Virus record (IMG/VR): IMGVR_UViG_3300020045_003878
Location: 1 to 28,500 of that record
Length of the DNA stretch: 28,500 nt
Source: a virus
Lineage: Duplodnaviria; Caudoviricetes
Direction: 5' to 3' (one strand)
In this document: positions 8,855 through 17,307 of the stretch, piece after piece
How the letters are laid out: the number at the start of each line of letters is the position of its first letter
How positions within the stretch are numbered: position 1 is the stretch's first letter
Position numbers and translations under genes: made by a program
Notes under the pieces: model-generated
What the model saw: only the letters and a program-made list of their open reading frames with translations
What the model was told of the DNA's origin: nothing
The model's database searches: none

Positions 8855-11800
8855 ATGATACAACACATAAGTAATAACGAAGGCGGCGGAGCAGTTAGAG
8901 AGAAGCTAAACGAGGTTATCGATTTAACCAACGAGGTACCTAACAAAGTGGAGCGTCTACCAACGGCGCAAAACGGCAATGTGGCTATTTGGCAGGATGG
9001 TAACTTAATCGATAGCGGAGTGACACCAGGCGGTGGAACAGATGTGAATATACCTGATTGGATCGATGTTCAAAACACACCTTTGCCTTTAGGCTTCGTC
9101 GTACGATCTGGTGGCCGTCTGTGGGTGTCTAAGGTTGCGGACAACCAATCCAATATGCCACCAATAGACGCCGAGATAGACGAGAATGATTTCTGGATTG
9201 TTACCTCTGAGAGTGTAGCGAGTAGTACTCCTATATGGGAGGCAGGAACCTTTAAAACAGAGAGAGCAGAAGTACTTGTACTTAACATAGGTGAGAATAG
9301 ATACTATGAGTATCTACTCCGAGCAGCGGTGCCGTTCGTGTCTTTGGACTTTGCCACTGAACTAGCAGCAGGGGACTGGCAACTTAAAGGAGATGCCAGT
9401 AATGTAGATTTATCAAACTACATCCAAAAAACCAACGAAACGACCATTCCCGAAATGGCTAGTGACGATGCAATTTGCAAAACACCACTTTATAACTACT
9501 ATGCAGCATCAGACCCTCGCGGAGTTTGTCCTATTGGTTGGCATATTCCAACACAAGCGGAATGGGATAATTTAGCTACATCTCAGGGCGGTGCATCCGT
9601 GGCAGGTGGGAGACTTAAGGAAGGCGGTCTAGTTAATTGGAATAACCCAAACAGCGGATATTCTCAAAACTCGTTAAACTTTGTCGGCTCTGGATATCGT
9701 AATTTTAACGGCATATTTTTAGACGCTAAAAACATCTATTTGGGCGCAATAGGAGGCGATGCGGATGATACGTCGGCATGCTACTATAATAGTGAACTGC
9801 TCTATACGTCATTAGGTGTTAGCGCAAAAGATGGCCGCCGCATCAGATGTATTAAAGACGATAACGTTATTCCAACAGGCGCTGTATTAGATGCAGACGG
9901 GAATAGCTATGATTTTGTGCAACTTGGCTCTAATATTTGGCTAAAAGAGGATTTAAAAACAACACGTTACAATAATGGTGATTTAATCCAAAACATCATA
10001 AACGATACCACTTGGTCACTATTAACCGCTGGCGCACGTTGCTACTACCCACCGATTAATAAGTATAAATCATTAGTCTATACCCCAGAGGGAGACGCAA
10101 AATTATTAGCACCATCAACTCCATCAAGCGAAACGATAACGGTTGATAATGGTGCGGCTTATGACGATTCAGTAATCTATGACACTGTTACAGTTGTTGT
10201 GTTTTCTAATCCATTAAGTCCGATTGTTCAATTTCAAACACCGCAATTATACCAATCAACTGTACCTTTATCGGTTGCAGGCATTGACCCAGAGGAGTCC
10301 CCATACGATCCAGAGTTAGCGACTGGTAACTGGTGGTACGTTGGTGATAAGTATGATATTTCAGAAAGCAACACGGCCATCACTTATATCAAAGGCCGCC
10401 CTGCATCGGTTGAGATTTCTGCTATTACGAAATGCGTTCATAATCAAACAATATCACTACCTAGTTATAACTCTGTAATTCGCTTCGATAAAAATGCGAT
10501 GTCAGGGATTAGACCAATAGATATCCAAGCAACCGAGGCTGGTCGTTGGGTCGCTTATGTTCAAATGGTTCGCAAGCAACTATATTTTAATAATGCCACC
10601 GAAATAGCCAATATACCAAGCCCTTCAAATGGAGACAACGCTATAGATAACTCAACAGGGTTCGTTTATGCGTTCGTTGTTGGTAATCTTACAGGCATTG
10701 TGGCGCTTGATTATTTTGAAGGCGAACAAGGTTCATTCGTAAAGATCGGCGAAGTTGGCGAACAAGGTTTTATTAATTGGGTTCAAAATACAGTGATTTC
10801 GGCCTTAAGCACTATTTCAAAAACAATAGCAGGGGCTATAAATGAGCTTTTTAAACTAAAGCAACGTGCCAATCCGTCATGGGATAAATCAACGGTACCG
10901 ACGGCTGCTGATATTATTATAGATGAACCAAACAAGACAATCACATTTGGAACAATTAATGGTGCGCCAATATCGGTTAATAACCCAGCAATCTATAAAA
11001 TTGACCAAGCAAACGGAACCGTTAAATGGTATCAAATAACCTCACCGCAGATATTTACTTATACAGCTACTTACGGCATTTGGTGGGTTTACTTTGATGA
11101 TATTGGGGGCAAAATATTAAATAATGTTTCGATAACTTTTGGAGCCGTTGCACCATTATTGCGCTTCGTTTATTCAACAGATGAGAACCGAATTAATACA
11201 AGAGTAGGAGAATTTCACCCCGATACTCTTTCGGCTGTAGCTCACAAAAGAGCTCATGCAGAAGGTACTATTTGGATAAATGGAGGAGATTTAACAGCTA
11301 ATCCTTTGACTTCTGGCGCGCCAAATGCAGATGGTCGTAATACTTGTATATCCTTATCATCTGTCACGAATATGGATGATAACTTTGAGTATACTATTGC
11401 TAATAACACGAGCGGGGCACTATGGAGTCAAGATTTGGGAAATATATCTTCAGCAGCTTTAACGAGTGCTAATAGCGCTATATTTAACATAACATATAAC
11501 CAAGCCGACGGACATTTAAGGGTATTACAAGGTACAAGATTCCCTTTTCCTTGGAATGTAGCTACCAATAAGCCTCAAACAATAAGCCAAACTGGTGTAT
11601 TTACGGATGTGCCTAACACCTACTTTTTTGTCTCATTCATATACTTTTTGCAGGACTTCAAATCTGGAGAGGCTGGCAGATTAAGAACTTCAACGATCGC
11701 CTTTGCCACCATTGAAGAGGCTCGTAATTATAGTTGGGATACCTTAAAGGGGTTTTCGCCTACCCTTACCGACAATGAGATTAGGCAGCATTTGAAGTGC

Positions 11801-12382
11801 ATTTGGGAAACAAAGAGCAGTTATGATGCTGGCTGTAAGTATGCTGTTTTGCGTGAGACTCAATATTTAAGACAGAACCCCCTTACGACTACTCAAGCGC
11901 AAAGTGGCGGTACCATATCGGCACTAAACGTTACCCGAGATGCAACCCCAACGCTCTTAAGCACAAATCAAGAGGCGACCAATATAGAGTTAGATGTAAA
12001 GGCCACGACTGAAATATTAGAATTTGCGAGTAGTGATGAATTATCGGAAATAACCGCATCGGGCTCAGTAGCTAAGTTTGAAAAGCAAATGTTATTGGCT
12101 GGCACGCTTGATGTTAACAGCATAATAGCAACATTAAACACGGCGGCTACAGGTGGTAATTTCATTATAGATATCAAAAAGAATGGGGTATCAATTTTTA
12201 GTACATTGCTTTCAATCGATGCCACTGAAAAAACAAGCCGTACAGCTGTAACGCCTTACGTGTTATCTGGCGGTGCTTTAAGTTGGGCTGTTGGTGATTC
12301 TTTAGCCGTTTTCGTCACTCAGGTTGGCGTAACAATTAAAGGTGCTGGATTGAAGATTGGATTAACTTATAAAAGAGCTTAA
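8855..12382 (+). CDS. Large mosaic tail fibre / receptor-binding protein with Fib_succ_major-like domain
   Basis: N-terminal 'ISNNEGGGAVREKLNE'; 'CPIGWHIPTQAEW', 'RCIKD', 'DADGNSY..VQLG..IWLKEDL' motifs; 'LSTISKTIAGAINEL' fibre motif; C-terminal beta-sandwich 'IDIKKNGVSIFST...GD.L.V.VTQVG...GAGLKI'. Confidence 0.8.
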   Translation: MIQHISNNEGGGAVREKLNEVIDLTNEVPNKVERLPTAQNGNVAIWQDGNLIDSGVTPGGGTDVNIPDWIDVQNTPLPLGFVVRSGGRLWVSKVADNQSNMPPIDAEIDENDFWIVTSESVASSTPIWEAGTFKTERAEVLVLNIGENRYYEYLLRAAVPFVSLDFATELAAGDWQLKGDASNVDLSNYIQKTNETTIPEMASDDAICKTPLYNYYAASDPRGVCPIGWHIPTQAEWDNLATSQGGASVAGGRLKEGGLVNWNNPNSGYSQNSLNFVGSGYRNFNGIFLDAKNIYLGAIGGDADDTSACYYNSELLYTSLGVSAKDGRRIRCIKDDNVIPTGAVLDADGNSYDFVQLGSNIWLKEDLKTTRYNNGDLIQNIINDTTWSLLTAGARCYYPPINKYKSLVYTPEGDAKLLAPSTPSSETITVDNGAAYDDSVIYDTVTVVVFSNPLSPIVQFQTPQLYQSTVPLSVAGIDPEESPYDPELATGNWWYVGDKYDISESNTAITYIKGRPASVEISAITKCVHNQTISLPSYNSVIRFDKNAMSGIRPIDIQATEAGRWVAYVQMVRKQLYFNNATEIANIPSPSNGDNAIDNSTGFVYAFVVGNLTGIVALDYFEGEQGSFVKIGEVGEQGFINWVQNTVISALSTISKTIAGAINELFKLKQRANPSWDKSTVPTAADIIIDEPNKTITFGTINGAPISVNNPAIYKIDQANGTVKWYQITSPQIFTYTATYGIWWVYFDDIGGKILNNVSITFGAVAPLLRFVYSTDENRINTRVGEFHPDTLSAVAHKRAHAEGTIWINGGDLTANPLTSGAPNADGRNTCISLSSVTNMDDNFEYTIANNTSGALWSQDLGNISSAALTSANSAIFNITYNQADGHLRVLQGTRFPFPWNVATNKPQTISQTGVFTDVPNTYFFVSFIYFLQDFKSGEAGRLRTSTIAFATIEEARNYSWDTLKGFSPTLTDNEIRQHLKCIWETKSSYDAGCKYAVLRETQYLRQNPLTTTQAQSGGTISALNVTRDATPTLLSTNQEATNIELDVKATTEILEFASSDELSEITASGSVAKFEKQMLLAGTLDVNSIIATLNTAATGGNFIIDIKKNGVSIFSTLLSIDATEKTSRTAVTPYVLSGGALSWAVGDSLAVFVTQVGVTIKGAGLKIGLTYKRA

Positions 12383-12383
12383 T

Positions 12384-12878
12384 ATGATAGTAGTTAAAAA
12401 AGAAGGCGCAAATATTGAAGAGTGTGAATATCCCAATTGCGATATAAGCAGCCCTATAGATGGGCTGGTTGATTCTATTAAATTCTACTTTATAGAACAA
12501 ATTGCAACACCGAATTACGATGCAAGAACCCACGAACTTCAACCAGTTCAAAGATTGATCGAAAAGCCAAACGCAACATATCCGCATTTGGGTACCGCAA
12601 AACATTCATGGGCGAAAGTCAGGCTATCAAATGAGGTTGTAATATCGAATCTCGACAATGAGGTTGGAAACTATTTGGACACTAAATATCCACCTTGGAA
12701 GCGCCAAAAGCATAGCGATGAAGTGCAATTCGGGAATCCAACAGCCGAACGGATAGCTAAAATAAAAGAACTCAAAGCATGGGAGGGAAGAGTTAGGGAG
12801 CAAAGAGATTTGCAAGAATCTCAACTGATAAATAACGGCATTTTGCCGACATTTGAATTTGAACAAAAACCAATTTAA
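12384..12878 (+). CDS. Putative tail fibre assembly/chaperone-like protein
   Basis: Directly follows the fibre; 'PI.GL', 'PNYDARTH' and a helical C-terminus ('W..RVR') as in Tfa-like proteins. Confidence 0.45.
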   Translation: MIVVKKEGANIEECEYPNCDISSPIDGLVDSIKFYFIEQIATPNYDARTHELQPVQRLIEKPNATYPHLGTAKHSWAKVRLSNEVVISNLDNEVGNYLDTKYPPWKRQKHSDEVQFGNPTAERIAKIKELKAWEGRVREQRDLQESQLINNGILPTFEFEQKPI

Positions 12879-12889
12879 AAACAACCAAT

Positions 12890-13438
12890 ATGACTGAGTG
12901 CTATGTAATTGAGTGGATGGATGAAAATAAAACCATCTGGGAAAAAAGAAATGATAGTTTTGTGTGCGATTTACCATACATAGGTCTGGCCGAAAACTAC
13001 GAGATACTCGTAAAGCGAACCCCGTTCATAAAACCACCAATTGACGAAAGGCTTGCAAGAATTATTACCAATAACGATATTTCAGTGGGTTACGATTCTG
13101 AATTTCCTGCTTATAGACAATGGGTGGAGACTTACGATACAGTCTCAAGAGATACCGCCGATTTAATTGTGGCTGTGAATGAGGTTGAGTCTTTATGTTC
13201 AGCATCGCTGCTTAAAAACAAAGATGCTTTCAAATATCTTTTAATAGGGGTGTGCTTAACTTATAAACGCATAATTACAGGAGCTGAATTGCCAACTAAA
13301 CAAAAGAACTTTATGGAGAACGTTTTAGCTCCATTGGGCGTTAAATTTTGGCAAAACCACGATTTATCAGAGGCTAAAAAGGCAAGCATAACTGCGAACC
13401 AGCCAGTTAATTTGGACGATGGATTCCTAAATTCCTAA
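12890..13438 (+). CDS. Putative fibre assembly-like protein, distant paralogue of the previous ORF
   Basis: 'PYIGL', 'PPIDERL', 'FPAY' occur in the same order as the motifs of 12384..12878. Confidence 0.4.
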   Translation: MTECYVIEWMDENKTIWEKRNDSFVCDLPYIGLAENYEILVKRTPFIKPPIDERLARIITNNDISVGYDSEFPAYRQWVETYDTVSRDTADLIVAVNEVESLCSASLLKNKDAFKYLLIGVCLTYKRIITGAELPTKQKNFMENVLAPLGVKFWQNHDLSEAKKASITANQPVNLDDGFLNS

Positions 13439-13440
13439 AA

Positions 13441-14871
13441 ATGGAAGTAAATAACTTTCTCAAATTTAAAGACGACAATAATATGTTTGTGATAAATTCA
13501 AGTAGATTTGCCAGCTCGGTGCCACTTGTGCCACTCATTGCGCCTTCGGGTTTTGACCCATCGGCTCAGGCGGTTAATATTTATTCGATATACAATTCGA
13601 TTCAAGATATTAACAAGGCGTATATCTATCAGTTTTCAGATACCGTGAACACGCTAACCTTAGCATCTGGTGGTGGGCTTTCTTACAAATATGGATACAC
13701 TAGGAGCGGGGTGGATTATGTTTTTGACGTAACTAGCGCAACCAATCCCTTTACGGCTGGCGACACTAAGCGTTGGGTTATGGGCTTTGGAACGAGTATT
13801 GTTTCAAATCCATTCCAAGCTGTAAGCAATGGGATATTGTGGGTTTATATGGATAGAGTCAACGAATTTAGATTAGGCTCTAAAAACGTGCTTAAATATG
13901 TGCATACTAGTGATAAAACTTCAATACTGCCAACTATCAATCAAGCGCCTTACGCATTTGCAGGTAGCAGCGGCCTTTTGGGTGTTATCTCCATTCCTAA
14001 TTATTGGACGTTCATACCACTTCAGTGCTTCAATGGCTGTAATCAAATAACTGGCTCTATATCTCTGCATAGTGCCATAACTTATGTAGACTTTGCAGCC
14101 TTTGCAAACATGAGCGGCTTAAATGGAACTATTACTTTAAATGAAGGTTTATTAACAATAGGTGCCAGCGCATTTGTTAGTTGCATTAATGTTGTGGGAG
14201 GCTTGACGCTTCCAAGTACAGTGACAAGCATAGGGGTACAAGGTTTTGCAAATTGCGCTAAATTAACGGGCAATTTAATTATTTTACCCACGACTATAAC
14301 TTTTGATAGCAACTGTTTTTACGGCACAAATTTAGTATTAAATAACGCCATTGGAGGCAATTGGGAAATATTTGATAAGGTACTTTATCGGGATATAATA
14401 CGATCAAATATAGTCGGAGCTACTAAGAATAAAACAGGAGCTTTAAGCATCCCAAGTTCGGTAACTAATATAGGTATTGGCGCCTTTCTGGGTTGCACTG
14501 GACTAAATGGGACTTTAACGATACCAAACTCAGTTACAAATATAGATATAAGCGCATTTCAGTCATGTAGTGGATTCACTTCTATTATCATAGGGTCTAG
14601 TGTAATTAACATCTCTTCCAGCGTCTTTACAGGGTGCACTGCAGTTACATCGGTAACTTTGCCATCTGGATATCTATTAGCGCAAACAGGGGATAATTAC
14701 AAGTTTGATTTTAGCACTATTTTAACGGCTGTTTCATTAAATGATATGATTATTGCTTTAGCCACAGCAACCCGAACTATTACGATAGGAGCGACTAATA
14801 AAGCTCGTTTATTGGCAGCTTTCCCAAGTGCTGAAACTAATGCAAATGCTAGGGGCATAACTATTGTTTAA
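13441..14871 (+). CDS. BspA-type leucine-rich-repeat (LRR_5) protein, probable adhesin/receptor-binding protein
   Basis: Repeats such as 'LTLPSTVTSIGVQGFANC', 'LSIPSSVTNIGIGAFLGC', 'LTIPNSVTNIDISAFQSC'; true start may be ATG 13483 (MFVINSSRF). Confidence 0.85.
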   Translation: MEVNNFLKFKDDNNMFVINSSRFASSVPLVPLIAPSGFDPSAQAVNIYSIYNSIQDINKAYIYQFSDTVNTLTLASGGGLSYKYGYTRSGVDYVFDVTSATNPFTAGDTKRWVMGFGTSIVSNPFQAVSNGILWVYMDRVNEFRLGSKNVLKYVHTSDKTSILPTINQAPYAFAGSSGLLGVISIPNYWTFIPLQCFNGCNQITGSISLHSAITYVDFAAFANMSGLNGTITLNEGLLTIGASAFVSCINVVGGLTLPSTVTSIGVQGFANCAKLTGNLIILPTTITFDSNCFYGTNLVLNNAIGGNWEIFDKVLYRDIIRSNIVGATKNKTGALSIPSSVTNIGIGAFLGCTGLNGTLTIPNSVTNIDISAFQSCSGFTSIIIGSSVINISSSVFTGCTAVTSVTLPSGYLLAQTGDNYKFDFSTILTAVSLNDMIIALATATRTITIGATNKARLLAAFPSAETNANARGITIV

Positions 14872-14915
14872 AATGATTATATTTAGGTCAATTTTAATCA
14901 CTAAAAAGTATCAAA

Positions 14916-14966
14916 ATGGCACACCCAAAAACACCGCCAAAAACAACAGGCGGCAAAAAGAAGTAA
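14916..14966 (+). CDS. Putative 16-aa basic Pro-rich peptide MAHPKTPPKTTGGKKK
   Basis: Read manually; A-rich leader, and its TAA overlaps the next ATG (TAATG). Confidence 0.5.
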   Translation: MAHPKTPPKTTGGKKK

Positions 14967-15394
14967 TGAAATTTATTAGATTATTTTTAATAGCGATTTT
15001 ACTAGGTCAAATCTTGGTAGAATCGCTATTATTGTTATTTGATGAGGGTACAAATATTTACAATCAAACATTTTACGCTTCAATGCGGTTGCTTCATATC
15101 GGTGTTATTCCAAGTTTTTTTATATTTTTGTACGTGAAGGATGAAGTGTTAAAAATAATCGCTTTAACCTTAATACTTCAATCAACTTTTAGGTTTGTTT
15201 TGGAGTGTTTTGCGTTTAATGAGGAGTTAGATTGGTTGGTGTTGGGAATTACAAATTTTGATTATTACAATTTTACATTAATTATAACCTCAACCGCTCT
15301 TAGTTTTATGTTAAATGGGTTACTTAATAGCAATGGCAAGCTCACTATTTATATTTTGCTTTTATTGCAAAAAATTAAGTATCTTAAAAGATAG
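14966..15394 (+). CDS. Multi-pass membrane protein (142 aa, about 4-5 hydrophobic segments)
   Basis: MKFIRLFLIAILLGQ...; start at 14966 preferred over the track start at 14864. Confidence 0.7.
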   Translation: MKFIRLFLIAILLGQILVESLLLLFDEGTNIYNQTFYASMRLLHIGVIPSFFIFLYVKDEVLKIIALTLILQSTFRFVLECFAFNEELDWLVLGITNFDYYNFTLIITSTALSFMLNGLLNSNGKLTIYILLLLQKIKYLKR

Positions 15395-15602
15395 AGTTGA
15401 AGAGCTTAAAAAAGAGATAGAAATGGCGGAAAAAGATTTAGCAGATGTTTGTCAAGATTTAAACGATCACAAACTACATGTAGCAGTTGAATTGGGTAAG
15501 ATATACACGAAGCTGGCAAAGATAGAAACACTCATGTATTTATCGGCTGGAACAACAACGGCGGGCGTAATAGGTCAAATAATTTCAGCTATTAAACATT
15601 AA
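15315..15602 (+). CDS. Small membrane-anchored coiled-coil protein, holin/antiholin-like
   Basis: N-terminal hydrophobic segment, coiled coil, weakly hydrophobic C-terminus; directly upstream of the endolysin candidate. Confidence 0.5.
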   Translation: MGYLIAMASSLFIFCFYCKKLSILKDRVEELKKEIEMAEKDLADVCQDLNDHKLHVAVELGKIYTKLAKIETLMYLSAGTTTAGVIGQIISAIKH

Positions 15603-15604
15603 CT

Positions 15605-16009
15605 ATGAACAATTTAGAGCTAGTTTTAGTACGAGAAACCCGAACGCAAAAGAGCGTAATTGGCAAACTATTTATCAATGGCAAACTACAGTGTTTTACT
15701 CTTGAAGATGTTGAGCGTCCTGTTAAGATAATGCACGAAACTTGTATTCCAAAAGGAATCTACAAGGTAATTCTAAACGTCTCAAATCGTTTCAAAAAAC
15801 TCATGCCTTTGTTGTTAGGTGTCGATGGATTTGAAGGTATTCGCATCCATTGCGGAAATACGAACAAACATACGAGCGGCTGCATATTAGTAGGTCAAAC
15901 TTTCGGTATTGATTTTATAGGTAAAAGCCGTGAAGCATTTGAGGATTTAATGGAAATATTAGAGGCTCAAATTGAAGCAAAAGGAACCATTTCAATTAAA
16001 ATAATTTAG
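15605..16009 (+). CDS. DUF5675-like putative endolysin (L,D-transpeptidase-like His/Cys motif)
   Basis: 'CFTLED', 'ETCIPKG.Y', 'GIRIH.GN....T.GCILVG'; lysis context. Confidence 0.82.
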   Translation: MNNLELVLVRETRTQKSVIGKLFINGKLQCFTLEDVERPVKIMHETCIPKGIYKVILNVSNRFKKLMPLLLGVDGFEGIRIHCGNTNKHTSGCILVGQTFGIDFIGKSREAFEDLMEILEAQIEAKGTISIKII

Positions 16010-16011
16010 CT

Positions 16012-16191
16012 ATGAAAAACATACATCAAAGCCCTATAACATCTATTATAGGCATAGTTATCGCTTTATTCACATTGGCGGCCATATGGTTTCAAAAAAT
16101 TGATTACACCATGACGGCACTTTTGACCATTGCTGCAACTGGGTTTATTTTCGGCAAAGACTCAATAATTACACGCTTTATAAAAAAATGA
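16012..16191 (+). CDS. Putative holin (59 aa, 2 TM)
   Basis: Not in the ORF track; MKNIHQSPITSIIGIVIALFTLAAIWFQKIDYTMTALLTIAATGFIFGKDSIITRFIKK, two hydrophobic helices and a basic tail. Confidence 0.7.
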   Translation: MKNIHQSPITSIIGIVIALFTLAAIWFQKIDYTMTALLTIAATGFIFGKDSIITRFIKK

Positions 16192-16197
16192 TACAAA

Positions 16198-16779
16198 ATG
16201 AAAATTCCGTTTACTTGGATTGTGATAGCTATACTTACGGTCGCACTATTGGCCTTATGGTTAAGATATGATTATGTCTCGAACGAAAAAGAGAGACTAG
16301 GCAAAAACCAAGCATCGTTACTTGATGAGATGCTTAACTTTAAGTTTAGAGACTCATTGCAAGTAGCGCAAATTGGCTCTTTAGAATTGACTAAAAACGA
16401 ATTTAAACGGCACTTTGAAGAGGCCGCAAAAGAGGCGAAGGATTTAGGTCTAAAGATTAAAAGAATTGAATCATACACATCAATTACAACCCAAGTAAAA
16501 GACTCATTTAAGACCGTTTTTAAAGACTCAATCACAATTAAGCGCGATACTATAAAATGCTTTAAATACTCTGACAAATGGCTTTATTTTGCGGGCTGTT
16601 CGGCAAATGATAGCTTGGCTGTTAATTACTCAGTAATTGATAGTATTGAATCGTTTGCAAATCGAGTGCCAAGAAGATTTTTATTTATAAAATACGGCAC
16701 TAAAGGAATAAATTTGACAACATTTAGCAAAAACCCTAATTGTAAAATAGTTAATCAGACGTACATTAAATTAAAATAA
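16198..16779 (+). CDS. Spanin-like lysis protein (DUF6549-like)
   Basis: N-terminal TM, coiled coil, 'DSITIKRDTI', 'RRFLFIKYGTK'; follows endolysin and holin. Confidence 0.6.
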   Translation: MKIPFTWIVIAILTVALLALWLRYDYVSNEKERLGKNQASLLDEMLNFKFRDSLQVAQIGSLELTKNEFKRHFEEAAKEAKDLGLKIKRIESYTSITTQVKDSFKTVFKDSITIKRDTIKCFKYSDKWLYFAGCSANDSLAVNYSVIDSIESFANRVPRRFLFIKYGTKGINLTTFSKNPNCKIVNQTYIKLK

Positions 16780-16809
16780 CCACATTTTTTAAATTTTAAA
16801 TAATATTTT

Positions 16810-16986
16810 ATGGAAGCAATGCCAAGAAGAAATCAATTAGACAAATTAACGGATGCAGAAATTGCTATTCAGAAAGCAATTAACGAGGTCGAGATGCTCG
16901 GTTGTGACACCAGATTAACGGATGCTGTTATCAAACTACAAGAGGTAAAAAATATTGTTGCTGATTTTATTGATGGCAATTTATAA
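16810..16986 (+). CDS. Small helical hypothetical protein (58 aa)
   Basis: Not in the ORF track; MEAMPRRNQLDKLTDAEIAIQKAINEVEMLGCDTRLTDAVIKLQEVKNIVADFIDGNL. Confidence 0.7.
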   Translation: MEAMPRRNQLDKLTDAEIAIQKAINEVEMLGCDTRLTDAVIKLQEVKNIVADFIDGNL

Positions 16987-16994
16987 ATTTTAAC

Positions 16995-17002
16995 TATATT
17001 TG
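16995..17002 (+). promoter_or_regulatory. -7 promoter element for the tRNA
   Basis: TATATTTG 5 nt upstream of the tRNA 5' end. Confidence 0.65.
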
Positions 17003-17007
17003 CACAT

Positions 17008-17080
17008 GCTATTTTAGCTCAGATGGTAGAGCGCTTTGTTTGTAACTAAGATGTCGAACGTTCGAGTCGTTCAAGTAGCT
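17008..17080 (+). tRNA. tRNA-Thr(UGU)
   Basis: Acceptor GCTATTT/AAGTAGC; D arm GCTC/GAGC; anticodon arm CTTTG-TTTGTAA-CTAAG (one U-U mismatch); T arm GAACG-TTCGAGT-CGTTC; CCA not encoded. Confidence 0.92.
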
Positions 17081-17128
17081 CAATTCGAGTAGTAAGGGTA
17101 ATTAATTACTTAGGGCTACGTTTAGATT

Positions 17129-17163
17129 AAAAACCCTCTTTCAAACGTGATTGAGGGTTTTTT
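17129..17163 (+). terminator. Intrinsic terminator after the tRNA/late operon
   Basis: AAAAACCCTC...GAGGGTTTTTT. Confidence 0.8.
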
Positions 17164-17307
17164 GTGTATATAACTTATGAAATAAATAACCATAATGTAG
17201 TTATACATAAAAATAGTTAACTATTATTTTAAAAATAAATTACAAAATTGTATTATATATTAATATATTTATTATCTTTACATAAATTATTAACTAAATA
17301 ATACTAA

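Noticed and set aside
8855-14871. A complete diversity-generating retroelement
   Set aside because: No reverse transcriptase and no TR/VR duplicate seen in the window.
14864-14965. Upstream starts given by the ORF track (14864; also 21413, 21291, 24654, 25612)
   Set aside because: These extensions overlap promoters, leader RNA or neighbouring genes; downstream starts at 14966, 21452, 21252, 24699 and 25636 fit better.
654-16577. Minus-strand ORFs across the structural and lysis region (e.g. 654..989, 1425..1784, 2229..2558, 6349..6675, 16272..16577)
   Set aside because: Antisense shadows lying within well-supported plus-strand genes; no motifs.
17185-17212. dif-like sequence CATAATGTAGTTATACATAA
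   Set aside because: The spacer is 5 bp rather than 6, and the right arm does not match TTATGTTAAAT.
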